From: an uncultured Alphaproteobacteria bacterium
Lineage (GTDB): Bacteria; Pseudomonadota; Alphaproteobacteria; RF32; CAG-239
Direction: 5' to 3'
DNA length: 64,000 nt
NCBI GenBank assembly: GCA_910577095.1
Contig: CAJTLY010000002.1
Coordinates: 957 to 64,956, forward strand
In this document: positions 17,919 to 28,049 of the stretch, in pieces
Layout of the letters: each line of letters begins with the position of its first letter
How positions within the stretch are numbered: the stretch's first letter is position 1
The notes under the pieces: generated by a model
What the model was told of the DNA's origin: nothing
Seen by the model: only the letters and a program-made list of their open reading frames with translations
Databases searched by the model: none
Translations under genes and position numbers: made by a program

Positions 17919-19184
17919 TTATTTTGCTTTCAGCATTGCGCAAAGTTCCTCATACCCGCAGTGGCCGCCGATATTGCCGACCAGAGCGTAAGTCGGCCGC
18001 GAAGAAAAGATATCAGTCGCACTGTTACGAATATCCTCAATCCCCACCTCGTCGATTTTGCGGATTGTTTCGGCAATCGGAATCGAACGGTTAAACAACA
18101 ACAACTGGCGCGCCAACTTTTCCGACACCGCCGACGAACTTTCCAACGACATCATGATCGCCGACTTCACCTGAGCCTTGGCACGTTTCAGTTCGGTTTC
18201 GCTGACCGGATGTTCGGCAATCTTTTTAATCTCGTCGGCAATCACCGGCAGCATTTTGTTAACCTGCTCGTTATCGGTCGCGGCAGCAATTCCGGTAAAA
18301 CCGGCACCGGTATAGAAAGTCGGAAAACTGTAAATCGAATAAACCAAACCACGCTTTTCACGAATTTCCTGAAACAACCGCGACGACATCCCGCCGCCCA
18401 AAATCGTTGACATCAGCATTGCCGCATAATAACGGTCATCAACATACGAATAGCCGTCAAAACCCAAAACCACCTGAGCTTGTTCCGTATCACGCATTTC
18501 GGCAAAATACCCCCCGGTATAAAGCTGCCGGTCCGCCACAAACGACGTTTTGGGCTGAAGACCGCCCAGCCTTTTTTTCACCATCTCGACCAACGACCGG
18601 TGATCAATGTTGCCGACCGCGCAAAAAACCATATTTTCGGCAGCATAATTGGTACTCATATACTGCCGCAGCTCTCGGGCACCGAAACTGCGCACCCGTT
18701 CCGCGGTTCCGAGAATCGGACGTCCCATCGCCTGTCCGGCAAAGGCCTGCGCCTGCATATAATCAAAAACAATATCTCCCGGGTCATCATAAGTCTGTTT
18801 GATTTCCTGCACCACCACTTCACGCTCTTTAAGCAGTTCGTCTTCGGCAAATTGCGGCGAAGTAATCAACTCACACAGCACATCGACCGCCAACTCGGCA
18901 TCGTCTTTCAGCATTTTGGCATAAAAAGCAGTAAATTCGCGGGAAGTGTAAGCGTTGGTCTGACCGCCGACGTTTTCGATATCTTCGGAAATTTCCGCCG
19001 CCGTACGGCTGGCGGTTCCCTTAAACACCATATGCTCCAAAAAATGGGAAACGCCGTTATTGTCTTCCTGTTCACAGGCAGACCCGGTTTTGACCCAAAT
19101 GCCGAGTGATACGGTTTCGTATTGAGGATATTTGAGACTGACCACTCTTAATCCGTTTTGAAGAACGCTGATTTCCGGCTTCAT
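17919..19184 (-). CDS. M16-family zinc peptidase
   Basis: HFLEHMVFKGT is an inverted zincin HxxEH motif. The length is typical for the family. Confidence 0.85.
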   Translation of the reverse strand: MKPEISVLQNGLRVVSLKYPQYETVSLGIWVKTGSACEQEDNNGVSHFLEHMVFKGTASRTAAEISEDIENVGGQTNAYTSREFTAFYAKMLKDDAELAVDVLCELITSPQFAEDELLKEREVVVQEIKQTYDDPGDIVFDYMQAQAFAGQAMGRPILGTAERVRSFGARELRQYMSTNYAAENMVFCAVGNIDHRSLVEMVKKRLGGLQPKTSFVADRQLYTGGYFAEMRDTEQAQVVLGFDGYSYVDDRYYAAMLMSTILGGGMSSRLFQEIREKRGLVYSIYSFPTFYTGAGFTGIAAATDNEQVNKMLPVIADEIKKIAEHPVSETELKRAKAQVKSAIMMSLESSSAVSEKLARQLLLFNRSIPIAETIRKIDEVGIEDIRNSATDIFSSRPTYALVGNIGGHCGYEELCAMLKAK

Positions 19185-19458
19185 ATGTTTTTCCCTTTTC
19201 GGTTAGTTATAAGTATTATGTGGTGTAACACATATTTGACAACCCCGTCAAGCCCTGCAACTGTTTATTGTCGCTTTGACTTTTTCATTACAGCCAACGG
19301 CGGGAACTCGGACGGCTCGAACCGGAATCGGCCTCCCCTGCTTTTGGACAGGCGCCTGAACCGACATCCGGCTTACTATACTATTTTTATCCCGTCACGA
19401 TAAGCTTCAACATCTTCGTTAGTATAGTATTTGGCCCCACGGGCGGGAAAATGCAGAC

Positions 19459-20451
19459 CTACTTGTTCTTAATTCGAAATATTGGGATAAAGCCGAACAG
19501 ATAAAAACGAAAATCGCCGTTGGTGCAGCGTTTTCTTTTCCACAAAGGCACACAACCGAACAAATTGTAACTGGTGATGCCGCCCTGAGGACGGATGCCG
19601 GCCGTCCGACTGCGGTTGAGAGAAATATCCCGATACGGAGACTGCCGGTAATAAGCATCCCACAAATCGCCGAAAGTTCCGTTGACCACTTTCCAGGGGC
19701 GGGTTCCGCTTTCTCCGGCAAAATGAATAATCGCCGCATCGTTTTGCATTTCGTTTTCATCATCATATTCCACACCGTAAAAACGATTAATTTCGCTTTG
19801 TGAAAAACGATGCATCCGGTATTGCGGGATCATTGCGTTATATCTTACGTCAAGCCACTTGACCCGGTCTTTGAAAACGAAGTTGAAGGCATCCTGATCC
19901 ATACATTTCCACTGCGGATTTTCTCTTTTGGCCTTTTCCAGTTTTACCGGATAATCACCGCGCCGCAACCCGGCAAGATCCAGCAGCATGACGCCGGAAT
20001 TGAAATAATTTTCGGTACCGAGAATATCGTTGAAATGAAGCTTCATCTCACCGCCCATGTCACGCACCGCCGCAATCAGGCAGCCTTCCATGTCAACATT
20101 AAACAGTTCTTCCAGATCCTCGCGCACCAGAATATCGCCGTCTATGTACAAAATCCGGTCACAATCAATAATGTTGGGAACATCAAACTTCAGCGCCGCC
20201 GCCTGAGAAACATGCGTTTTAACCATAATAGATTCATATTTCGCAATATCCGTTTCGATAAAGTCGATCACAACCCGCTCTCCGGCCAGCTTCTCCAACT
20301 GTCTGCGGTTAAAATTGCTGATATTGTTAACCAGCAGATAAAAATGGTAAACTGACGTAGCTTTTTTATGACAAATCGCCGATGTAATTGCAACCGCCGT
20401 CGGAATTACATAGTTATTATCCGTAATCATGCAAATATTAATTTCTGCCAT
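19459..20451 (-). CDS. family-8 glycosyltransferase (LPS/lipooligosaccharide type)
   Basis: INICMITDNNYVIPTAVAI ... ILYIDGDILV (DxD) ... NSGVMLLDL. Confidence 0.8.
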   Translation of the reverse strand: MAEINICMITDNNYVIPTAVAITSAICHKKATSVYHFYLLVNNISNFNRRQLEKLAGERVVIDFIETDIAKYESIMVKTHVSQAAALKFDVPNIIDCDRILYIDGDILVREDLEELFNVDMEGCLIAAVRDMGGEMKLHFNDILGTENYFNSGVMLLDLAGLRRGDYPVKLEKAKRENPQWKCMDQDAFNFVFKDRVKWLDVRYNAMIPQYRMHRFSQSEINRFYGVEYDDENEMQNDAAIIHFAGESGTRPWKVVNGTFGDLWDAYYRQSPYRDISLNRSRTAGIRPQGGITSYNLFGCVPLWKRKRCTNGDFRFYLFGFIPIFRIKNK

Positions 20452-20577
20452 TTGTATTCCTATCCTAATATTAGTAAAAGGTACTTTAATACAGTACACC
20501 GACAAATTCAAGCTGTTTTCGCTTAACGGCACAGACTATCCTTGCCGAGACCGAGGCTTTTCCCGGTTTCTATAAAT

Positions 20578-20606
20578 AAAAACGCCTTTTGCAAAAGGCG
20601 TTTTTA
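20578..20606 (-). terminator. intrinsic terminator after glyQS
   Basis: AACGCCTTTT-gc-AAAAGGCGTT is flanked by A/T runs. Confidence 0.6.
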
Positions 20607-20616
20607 TTTTTGATAT

Positions 20617-21981
20617 TTACAAAAAGTATTCACGCAGATAATTCGGCAGATCAGCAATATTGACCCGATGCTGTTCCATGGTATCGCGGTCCCGAACCGT
20701 TACCGATTCCGGTTGATTTTCTATCGTCTCAAAATCCACCGTCAGACACAACGGCGTGCCGATTTCGTCATGGCGGCGATAGGCTTTGCCGATATTGCCG
20801 GTATTTTCCAACGCAACGCGGCCGATACCCAGTTTAAGCAGATTTTGTTTAATCTGATGACATTTGGCCATAATCTGCTCATTGTTCTTTTTAAGCGGAA
20901 TAACCGCAACCTTAATCGGCGCCAGATGTTTTTTCAGCTTCAGAACAATGCGGCTGTTGCCGTCGCCCAGATCCTCTTCGGTATAAGCTTCGGTCATCAC
21001 CGCCAGCACGCCGCGGTCTACCCCCATGGAAGGCTCAATCACAAACGGGACCACCCAACGGTTGCTTTCGTCATCACGAATACACAGCTTTTGCGTCGAT
21101 TCCGGATTCTCGTGGCAATGAGACGTTAAATTCAGTTCATCCTGGCCTTTGGTATGGTTGCCGAGGTCATAATCGGTGCGGTTGGCAATCCCCTCCAACT
21201 CTTCCATACCGTGAGGAAAACGGTATTCGATATCATAGGTGGCTTTAGAGTAATGGGCCAGATCTTCTTTCGGCGTGGTGTAAATATTCATGTTTTCGCG
21301 CACCAGCCCCTGATCCAACCACCATTTTATGCGGTTTTCTTTCCAAATTTCGTGCCATTTTTCATCTTCGCCGGGCATAACAAAATATTCCAGTTCCGCC
21401 TGCTCAAATTCACGCACCCGAAAGATGAAATTGCGCGGCGTGATTTCGTTGCGAAAAGATTTTCCGATCTGGGCAATCCCAAACGGCAGCTTGCGCGACG
21501 TCGCGTCGACAACGTTCTTAAACTGAGTAAAAATCGCCTGAGCTGTTTCCGGACGCAGATATCCGAACGACGAACCGTCGTCAACCGGCCCGATTGCGGT
21601 TTTAAACATCAGGTTAAACGGACGCGGTTCCGTCAGATCGGTCGAACCGCAGTTCGGACATTTTCCGTCCTTGATATGGTCGGCGCGAAAACGTCCCTTG
21701 CACTTACGACAGTCGGTCATCGGATCGGAAAAAGTGTCTTCATGCCCCGAATAGTGCAGCACCTTTTGATTAGTCAGAACAGCAGCATCAAGTCCTTCGA
21801 CATCGTCACGTTCGTAAACCATTGCTTTCCACCAGGCGGCCTTAAGATTGTTTTTCAGTTCAACCCCCAGCGGACCGTAATCGTATACCCCCTGCAAACC
21901 GCCGTAAATATCGGCGTTCTGAAAAATAAAACCGCGGCGTTTGCATAAGGATACCAACTGATCCATCGATGTTGCAGGCAT
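20617..21981 (-). CDS. glyQS: glycine--tRNA ligase (dimeric class II type)
   Basis: [34 protein letters not shown] and [25 protein letters not shown]. Confidence 0.9.
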   Translation of the reverse strand: MPATSMDQLVSLCKRRGFIFQNADIYGGLQGVYDYGPLGVELKNNLKAAWWKAMVYERDDVEGLDAAVLTNQKVLHYSGHEDTFSDPMTDCRKCKGRFRADHIKDGKCPNCGSTDLTEPRPFNLMFKTAIGPVDDGSSFGYLRPETAQAIFTQFKNVVDATSRKLPFGIAQIGKSFRNEITPRNFIFRVREFEQAELEYFVMPGEDEKWHEIWKENRIKWWLDQGLVRENMNIYTTPKEDLAHYSKATYDIEYRFPHGMEELEGIANRTDYDLGNHTKGQDELNLTSHCHENPESTQKLCIRDDESNRWVVPFVIEPSMGVDRGVLAVMTEAYTEEDLGDGNSRIVLKLKKHLAPIKVAVIPLKKNNEQIMAKCHQIKQNLLKLGIGRVALENTGNIGKAYRRHDEIGTPLCLTVDFETIENQPESVTVRDRDTMEQHRVNIADLPNYLREYFL

Positions 21982-22080
21982 TGCTTTTGTCCTTCCGATA
22001 AAGATAAATGTTATTGATTAATTACTTTCTTTGTCTTATAAAATATCTCTGTAAAAATAGCAAGCGGAGATAATAGAAAG

Positions 22081-22935
22081 ATGGCAAAAAAAGTTAAAGT
22101 AGCCCTGATTTACGACTTTGACGGAACCTTGAGCACCACCGATATGCAAAACTACGGACTGATTCCCACGTTCGGAATGTCCTGCAAAACATTTTGGAAC
22201 AAAGCCAACACTTTCGGCGACCAAAACATGATGGAACAAATCACCAGTTCAATGTATTATGTTTACAAAACGGCCAAAGACAAAAAAATTCCTCTGACAC
22301 GGGAGCTTTTCTACGAATGCGGCCGGAGCATCCGCTTTTTTGAAGGGGTCGAAAACTGGTTTGAACGCATCAACCATTACGGCGATATGCTGGAACTGGA
22401 CATTGAACACTATGTCATCTCCGCCGGATACGAAGAGATTATCGAAGGTTGTTCCATTCGCAAATTCTTTAAGGAAGTATACGGATGCGCTTATGCTTAC
22501 GATGAAAAAGGCGAGGCGGTCTGGCCGGCCCGGGTGGTTAACTATTCCACCAAAACGCAATATCTTTCCAAAATTAACAAGGGGCTTGGGAAACTGGACG
22601 ATCGCGGCGTTAACGAATTTATGCCGGATCACGAGCGCCCGATACCGCTGTCACGCATGATTTATTTCGGCGACGGAATGACGGATATCCCTTCGATGCG
22701 ACTGGTCAAAAAAGGCGGCGGCTATTCGATCGCGGTCTATAAACCCAAAAGCCAGGACAAGAGAAAAGCCATTCAGATTTTGAAAGACGACCGGGTTAAT
22801 TTTGCCCTGCCGGCAGACTATCGCGAAGACAGCCAGATTGATACCGTTATCAAAACTATCTTAGTCAAACTTGCGACCGAACGCGACCTGGAAATTCTGC
22901 AAGAAAAAGAAGAAAAGAAGAAGTTGGGCAACTGA
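22081..22935 (+). CDS. HAD-superfamily hydrolase
   Basis: YDFDGTLS (DxDxT) and FGDGMTDIP motifs. Confidence 0.7.
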   Translation: MAKKVKVALIYDFDGTLSTTDMQNYGLIPTFGMSCKTFWNKANTFGDQNMMEQITSSMYYVYKTAKDKKIPLTRELFYECGRSIRFFEGVENWFERINHYGDMLELDIEHYVISAGYEEIIEGCSIRKFFKEVYGCAYAYDEKGEAVWPARVVNYSTKTQYLSKINKGLGKLDDRGVNEFMPDHERPIPLSRMIYFGDGMTDIPSMRLVKKGGGYSIAVYKPKSQDKRKAIQILKDDRVNFALPADYREDSQIDTVIKTILVKLATERDLEILQEKEEKKKLGN

Positions 22936-23175
22936 CATTCTTTTCTTCAAAACAAAACCTTATAAAATCAAAATGCTTAGGAATAAGGGAAAACCCGAAT
23001 ATTCGGTTTTAACCTGCATATCAAAAAGATTTAGTCGTATTGAAAGAGAGCATTTCATGACTAAATTAAACGTATCCAAGGACAGGAACCTGTATTTTAG
23101 AATATAAGTTGCTGTTATGCGGATACTTTTCAACAGCAGCTGATATTTGTATACAGGTGTTGTTTTAAAGGGAGA

Positions 23176-23203
23176 GAGCCGGTTTCGACCGGCTCTTTTT
23201 TTA
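23176..23203 (+). terminator. strong intrinsic terminator with no CDS in front of it
   Basis: AGAGCCGG-tttcga-CCGGCTCT followed by T7. It lies about 240 nt after the HAD stop codon. Confidence 0.6.
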
Positions 23204-23533
23204 GACTTGAACTGACCGACACGATAACCACCAAACAAATTTAACATGCTCAGCCCCGGATTTTCAAGACACCCGCCAGGCGCCGTTGGTGAATTTTTTT
23301 TAGCGATCTGACAAAAGCTTACGGTCGTCCGTTTGGAGCCGCAGGCGTCTTTAGTTATATTCAGCGCGGTTAACAATTGATACCAGCGGTTATATTTTAC
23401 CCTGAAACAAAATATGTTCAAAATATCAAAATTTTTTACTTTTTTACAAAAAACTCTTGCCAACAAAAAAAATTTAGCATAAATATAGCACAGAATTTGT
23501 GTTTTCTAAACAGAATACCCAAATCCCTTTCGT

Positions 23534-23608
23534 TGGGGTGTAGCCAAGTGGTAAGGCAACGGTTTTTGGTATCGTCATTCGTTGGTTCGAATCCAGCCAC
23601 CCCAGCCA
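23534..23608 (+). tRNA. tRNA-Gln (anticodon UUG), CCA encoded
   Basis: TGGGGTGTAGCCAAGTGGTAAGGCAACGGTTTTTGGTATCGTCATTCGTTGGTTCGAATCCAGCCACCCCAGCCA. It aligns with E. coli tRNA-Gln1. Confidence 0.9.
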
Positions 23609-23614
23609 CAACTT

Positions 23615-23647
23615 CCCTAAATACTTGTATTTAGGGATTATTTTTTT
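23615..23647 (+). terminator. intrinsic terminator after tRNA-Gln
   Basis: CCCTAAATA-cttg-TATTTAGGG followed by a T-run. Confidence 0.6.
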
Positions 23648-23945
23648 GGGATTTTTGCAAAAATGCACTGTTTTTCCGACTGTGACACAAGGGGGTGACA
23701 CAGGTTTTGATGGAAAGAGTCGCAAATTACGCACAATCACACCTACCTTATTAAACGAAACTCCACCTACTATATCAGGATAAGAATTCCCTCTTCTCTG
23801 CAATATCTGATTGCTCAAAAGCAGTTCTGCCATTCCCTTTGCTTTGATTTATACTTGATTGTCATTTCATTGCCCTGCGTTAATGTTTATAAAATAGCAA
23901 AAACCGTTTTCCTTTCAAAGTCAAATCATTAGAAATATTTCTCAC

Positions 23946-23981
23946 AAAAAAACAGCCCCGAATAAAAAATATCCGGGGCTG
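23946..23981 (-). terminator. intrinsic terminator after the second autotransporter
   Basis: CAGCCCCGG-loop-CGGGGCTG followed by T7 on the minus strand. Confidence 0.55.
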
Positions 23982-24003
23982 CTTCGTTTGGATGATTTAA
24001 CGC

Positions 24004-26769
24004 TTAAAATTTATACTTGGCGTTAATCAAGCCTGTATGGTCTTGGTAATCCTGACGGAATTTGCCTTCATAACCAAGCGAGAGTTCGACACTATCATTG
24101 ACTTCCGCTGTTACACCGGCACCAAATTCCATACCGAAACGGTCAAGAGCTTCTCCATTTACGGTATAAGCAGAACCGTTTGCCAAAGTTACAACCGAAT
24201 TAACATCATCGTTCATCAGGTCATAAGTGGCGGCAATGCGTGCTTCCGGTTTGATATTCATACCGTTAGACAACTCCCAAGATTTGCTGACTTTCGCTCC
24301 GATGACACCGGTTAAAATATCGCTGTCATTGGCAGAAACACGCTGATCGGCAGAATCTTTGTAAGCATCTTGTTTGATGTGAACATAACGCAATCCGGCT
24401 TCCGGTGTAATACCCAAGCCGTTGATGTTCATATCATAACCGGTCATTGCCTGCAAACCAAAGGTTTCGACATCATAGTCAGCTTTGACACCAACTCCGG
24501 CAACACTCTTCTTTTCTTCATAGTCAGACCAGCCGTAGGTTGCGATACCGTTTACATACCAATTAGACGGTTTGTACTCACCATACAGGATGGCCGTATG
24601 TGTATCAACATCCGTATCACGCATGAAACCATCTATATCGGTGTGGGTATAAGCATAACCAATACCAACTTTGGTATCATCGGTTACAAACTTCTCAGCA
24701 CCGAAGGCAATACCGTTAGAATCTGCATCAAAGCCCTTCGCCTTGGATGTATCGTCCAGTTTGGATTTATTAAACAAGCCCTGAACCCACATCGCACCAC
24801 GTTTGAAAATATTGTCGCCGGAAGCCATACCTTCGCCACCGGTTGAGATTGAACCGCCGGTTAAACGGGTGCTGACTGCACCAAAGACCTGATTAGCTGT
24901 TTCAGTCTGGGTTTTCTGAACCATCGGAGCAACTTCCGGAGCAACGGCAGTCAAAGCGTCAACATAAGCTTTCTGCCCAGCAGCACTGGTGCTGTTGGAA
25001 AGCTGTGCCAGTTTTTCCGTAACGGCGGCAGCAACCGGGGAGCTGTTTGAAGCATTGACGCTGTCCCATGCCTCGGCTGTTCCGGCATTATTGGCAGAAC
25101 CACCGGCATCAACAACAGCATCCGTGGCAGAACCGACAGAAGTAACTTCAAAAGTTCCGTCGCCATTGTCCGTAAATTCATAACGGGAATTTTGGCTTAG
25201 ATTTGCAAATTTGCCTTCAACCTCTGCTTCGGCAGCATCGGCACCGTTAAATAATTTAAAAGTAGCTGTTTCGCCTTTAGCCAAAGCGGCACTGTTTAAG
25301 GTCATATTCAAATTTGTGCCGTTTTCGCTGATTTTGATATAATTGGCTTTGATTTTGCCATAGGTATCTTTATCGGTTACGGTAAAGGCTAAAGTTGAAT
25401 TATCGGCAAAAATGACACCTTCGCCATCGGCTTTATCACCGCTTGAATACAGTGTTTTGTCGCCAATATCCAGCGTTGCACCATTGCCGACCTGAACTGT
25501 CGTAATTGTATCAGTGGGCTCTTTGTCAAATGTCAGAGTTCCCTTGTTGATGGCTAAAATGTCTAAAGCTCCGATATCGCCGCTGATTGCATTATTTAAA
25601 GAGTGGCTGTTTTCAAAAATCAAGCTGACGTCTTCAACATTACCGTCAATTTTGGCGTTTGAGTTCTGAAAATGAATCTTGCCACGGTCATCACCGTTAA
25701 TATTGGCAACTAACTTGCCGCCCAAATTAATTCTGGTATTGTTATCATAAACATTAAGCGTGGCTTTCTGAGCCTGGCTCATATCTTCTGTAAACGCTTT
25801 GGCAAACAATGTAGAACCTGAAGCAATATTAAGCTCTGTCCCGTTAGCAATTTTTATATTGCCTACGGAAGATATTTCCGCAGAAGAGCCACTGACATTT
25901 ACCGTCCCGCCAGTAATATTTATGTTGCCGCTTGCCGGTTTGCCGTCCTCGCTTTGATAATCACCGCCTCTTATTATTGACGAATCTTTAAGAGAGATTG
26001 TGCCGCCGCTGATATTTATATCACCAGTTTCTCCGTCATGGAATATTGCGGAACCGTTTTCCAACATAAACTCTCCACCGCTAATATCCAAATCTCCAGA
26101 ATTTTCGCGTCCCAAAGAACTTTCATTCATTTTAAACGTACCGCCAGAAACAGTCATTGCAGCACCTTTCTGGGAATTGTCTCCGTCTGACATAGCCGGA
26201 TAGGTACTGATATTGGAATCATTCATTTCAAATGTTCCGCCCGAAATATTAAATTGGCTGCCGTCATCAGCATTGCCATATATAAAGATTTCGCCAGTAT
26301 CCAGCTTTATCGTGCCGCTGCTGATATCTGCTTCTTTAGCGTTCAGCGTTGAGCGCCATCCGGCTCCGTTCTCTTGTTTTAGCGTCAATTCTCCGCCCGT
26401 TTGGGTATATTTGCCGTCAACAAACATAAAAGGCTTTTCAGTCTCATCTGTCGCATCTGAATTGATTACCGACAAAGAGGCATTATCTGCCAGAGAGACA
26501 TTTCCGCTAACATTCAAGGTTTTGGAAACATCGACCTCATCGGCTTCTTCTTCCACGATTGCCTGAGTTTTTACATCTAATGAGGCTGTTCCTGATAAAT
26601 TTATGTCTCCCGAGTGTGAAAGCTGAGTATCCGAGCGCTCTACAACATAGCTTCCCGATGTTAGATTGGTTGCATCCGCCGGAAGATTTTCCGCATAAGC
26701 ATTATGGCCGCAAGTCAGCGCCACCAATGCCATTGTCATTAATAAAGTTTTTTTCATACGATTAAACAT
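24004..26769 (-). CDS. autotransporter outer-membrane protein (beta-helical passenger plus C-terminal barrel)
   Basis: Signal peptide. Repeated I(S/T)GGTF.(M/L)N.S units. Barrel ending in INAKYKF. Confidence 0.85.
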   Translation of the reverse strand: MFNRMKKTLLMTMALVALTCGHNAYAENLPADATNLTSGSYVVERSDTQLSHSGDINLSGTASLDVKTQAIVEEEADEVDVSKTLNVSGNVSLADNASLSVINSDATDETEKPFMFVDGKYTQTGGELTLKQENGAGWRSTLNAKEADISSGTIKLDTGEIFIYGNADDGSQFNISGGTFEMNDSNISTYPAMSDGDNSQKGAAMTVSGGTFKMNESSLGRENSGDLDISGGEFMLENGSAIFHDGETGDINISGGTISLKDSSIIRGGDYQSEDGKPASGNINITGGTVNVSGSSAEISSVGNIKIANGTELNIASGSTLFAKAFTEDMSQAQKATLNVYDNNTRINLGGKLVANINGDDRGKIHFQNSNAKIDGNVEDVSLIFENSHSLNNAISGDIGALDILAINKGTLTFDKEPTDTITTVQVGNGATLDIGDKTLYSSGDKADGEGVIFADNSTLAFTVTDKDTYGKIKANYIKISENGTNLNMTLNSAALAKGETATFKLFNGADAAEAEVEGKFANLSQNSRYEFTDNGDGTFEVTSVGSATDAVVDAGGSANNAGTAEAWDSVNASNSSPVAAAVTEKLAQLSNSTSAAGQKAYVDALTAVAPEVAPMVQKTQTETANQVFGAVSTRLTGGSISTGGEGMASGDNIFKRGAMWVQGLFNKSKLDDTSKAKGFDADSNGIAFGAEKFVTDDTKVGIGYAYTHTDIDGFMRDTDVDTHTAILYGEYKPSNWYVNGIATYGWSDYEEKKSVAGVGVKADYDVETFGLQAMTGYDMNINGLGITPEAGLRYVHIKQDAYKDSADQRVSANDSDILTGVIGAKVSKSWELSNGMNIKPEARIAATYDLMNDDVNSVVTLANGSAYTVNGEALDRFGMEFGAGVTAEVNDSVELSLGYEGKFRQDYQDHTGLINAKYKF

Positions 26770-26920
26770 CCTTGTTAACTAGTTAAACAAAACCCACCGT
26801 TCATAAAGAAAGGCGGGCGGATGTTCAGAAACCGTATAAAGCTAAACGGCTCGGCTTATTTGGCTGAGCCTTATTCACCGACATCCGTCCAAGTAGAATC
26901 AGAAGTCGGCACAAGTTAAA

Positions 26921-26936
26921 GTCGTGTGCACACGAC
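26921..26936. promoter_or_regulatory. perfect 16-bp palindrome in a divergent promoter region
   Basis: GTCGTGTGCACACGAC lies between the autotransporter start (26769) and the lipoprotein start (27088). Confidence 0.2.
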
Positions 26937-27087
26937 TGAGTATATAAAAGGGTTTTCGACGCCCTAAGCAGCGAACTGCTCGGATTTATATTATAAAGCC
27001 TTTTGAAGACAATCAAGCTAAAAGTCAAAAACCCTCTGGAATTTTTATAAATAAGCCGATATAATCCTTTTATAAGGGGCTTAACGT

Positions 27088-27837
27088 ATGATAAAAGCAT
27101 TAATAACACTGCTGTTTTTAGCCGGATGCACAGCAATCAAGGTGCCAGCTGATTTTGTGTATAAAGAGGTTGAAACACGGGATTTTACCCTTGCCAGCTG
27201 GCAAAAGGTTACAAATCCGGCTGCTCCTTATAAAATATATACAGAAGGTGATGGTTATGCCTTTAATGCCCGAGGCCAAGCAACACAAGACCCGACACCT
27301 CACGGCACCTTAGTCCGTGAATTGGCTTTTGGTGACAAAAGTCCGAATGTCATATATTTGGCAAGGCCGTGCCAATATGTTAAAAGTCCGGTTTGTTCCA
27401 AACGTCATTGGACAACTGCCCGTTTTGCACCTGAAGTTATTAATGCTGAATATGAGGCAATTAAAAATATTGTCGGCAACAATCCAGTCATTTTGGTAGG
27501 ATTTTCCGGTGGTGCACAGGTTGCCGGATTGGTGGCGACTGCCAAACCGGGGCTGAATGTCAAAAAAATTATCACCATTGCCGGAAATCTCGACCACTTG
27601 GCATGGACACAATATCATAATCTGCCGCCGCTTAATGAATCAATGAATTTGGAAAGCTACCGTAAACAGTTCGCCAAAATTCCGCAAATCCACTATGTCG
27701 GCAGTAACGATGAAGTCATGCCGCCGGTATTGGCACGTGAATTTGTCGGAAAGGACTATTTAATTATCGAAGTTGACGGAGCAAGCCATAATGAAGGTTG
27801 GGGGAAAATTTATAATAAAGTCTGGAGCGAAAGATGA
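27088..27837 (+). CDS. alpha/beta-hydrolase lipoprotein
   Basis: Lipobox LLFLAGC and nucleophile elbow GFSGG. Confidence 0.65.
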   Translation: MIKALITLLFLAGCTAIKVPADFVYKEVETRDFTLASWQKVTNPAAPYKIYTEGDGYAFNARGQATQDPTPHGTLVRELAFGDKSPNVIYLARPCQYVKSPVCSKRHWTTARFAPEVINAEYEAIKNIVGNNPVILVGFSGGAQVAGLVATAKPGLNVKKIITIAGNLDHLAWTQYHNLPPLNESMNLESYRKQFAKIPQIHYVGSNDEVMPPVLAREFVGKDYLIIEVDGASHNEGWGKIYNKVWSER

Positions 27838-28046
27838 AAAGAACCTTATGCTTATTAATTTTCCTGCTTTTATCCGCACCTGTTTTGGCTTCCGACAGTT
27901 CAACCGTGGTTATGAATACCAAGACTTATATTTATCATAGCCCAACCTGTAAATGGGCAAAACGTTGTACCAAAAACTGTATAAAAACCTCCAAAGACAA
28001 CGCAAAATCACAAGGTGCCAGACCTTGCAAAGTCTGCGGCGGGTAG
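27834..28046 (+). CDS. small secreted protein with an Ada-type Zn-binding-like Cys motif
   Basis: Signal peptide. YHSPTCKWAKRC...AKSQGARPCKVC resembles the ...GxRPCKxC end of the Ada Zn-binding domain. 4-nt overlap with the upstream gene. Confidence 0.55.
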   Translation: MKRTLCLLIFLLLSAPVLASDSSTVVMNTKTYIYHSPTCKWAKRCTKNCIKTSKDNAKSQGARPCKVCGG

Positions 28047-28049
28047 TTT

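Noticed and set aside
19158-19403. 81-aa plus-strand ORF covering the tRNA-like fragment
   Set aside because: It has no RBS, an odd composition (Arg/Pro/Asn-rich), and sits in a promoter/terminator gap.
22960-23466. 168-aa minus-strand ORF and 78/85-aa plus-strand ORFs in the HAD/tRNA-Gln gap
   Set aside because: The composition is AT-rich and low in complexity, there is no RBS, and the ORFs cross terminator hairpins. I treated the region as non-coding.
23474-23833. 119-aa minus-strand ORF downstream of tRNA-Gln; I also considered whether it is an integrase remnant
   Set aside because: It runs antisense straight through the tRNA-Gln gene and its terminator. I could not find any tyrosine- or serine-recombinase motif in it. 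The direct repeat GTGACACA-N5-GTGACACA at ~23689-23709 is noted, but it is too short to interpret.
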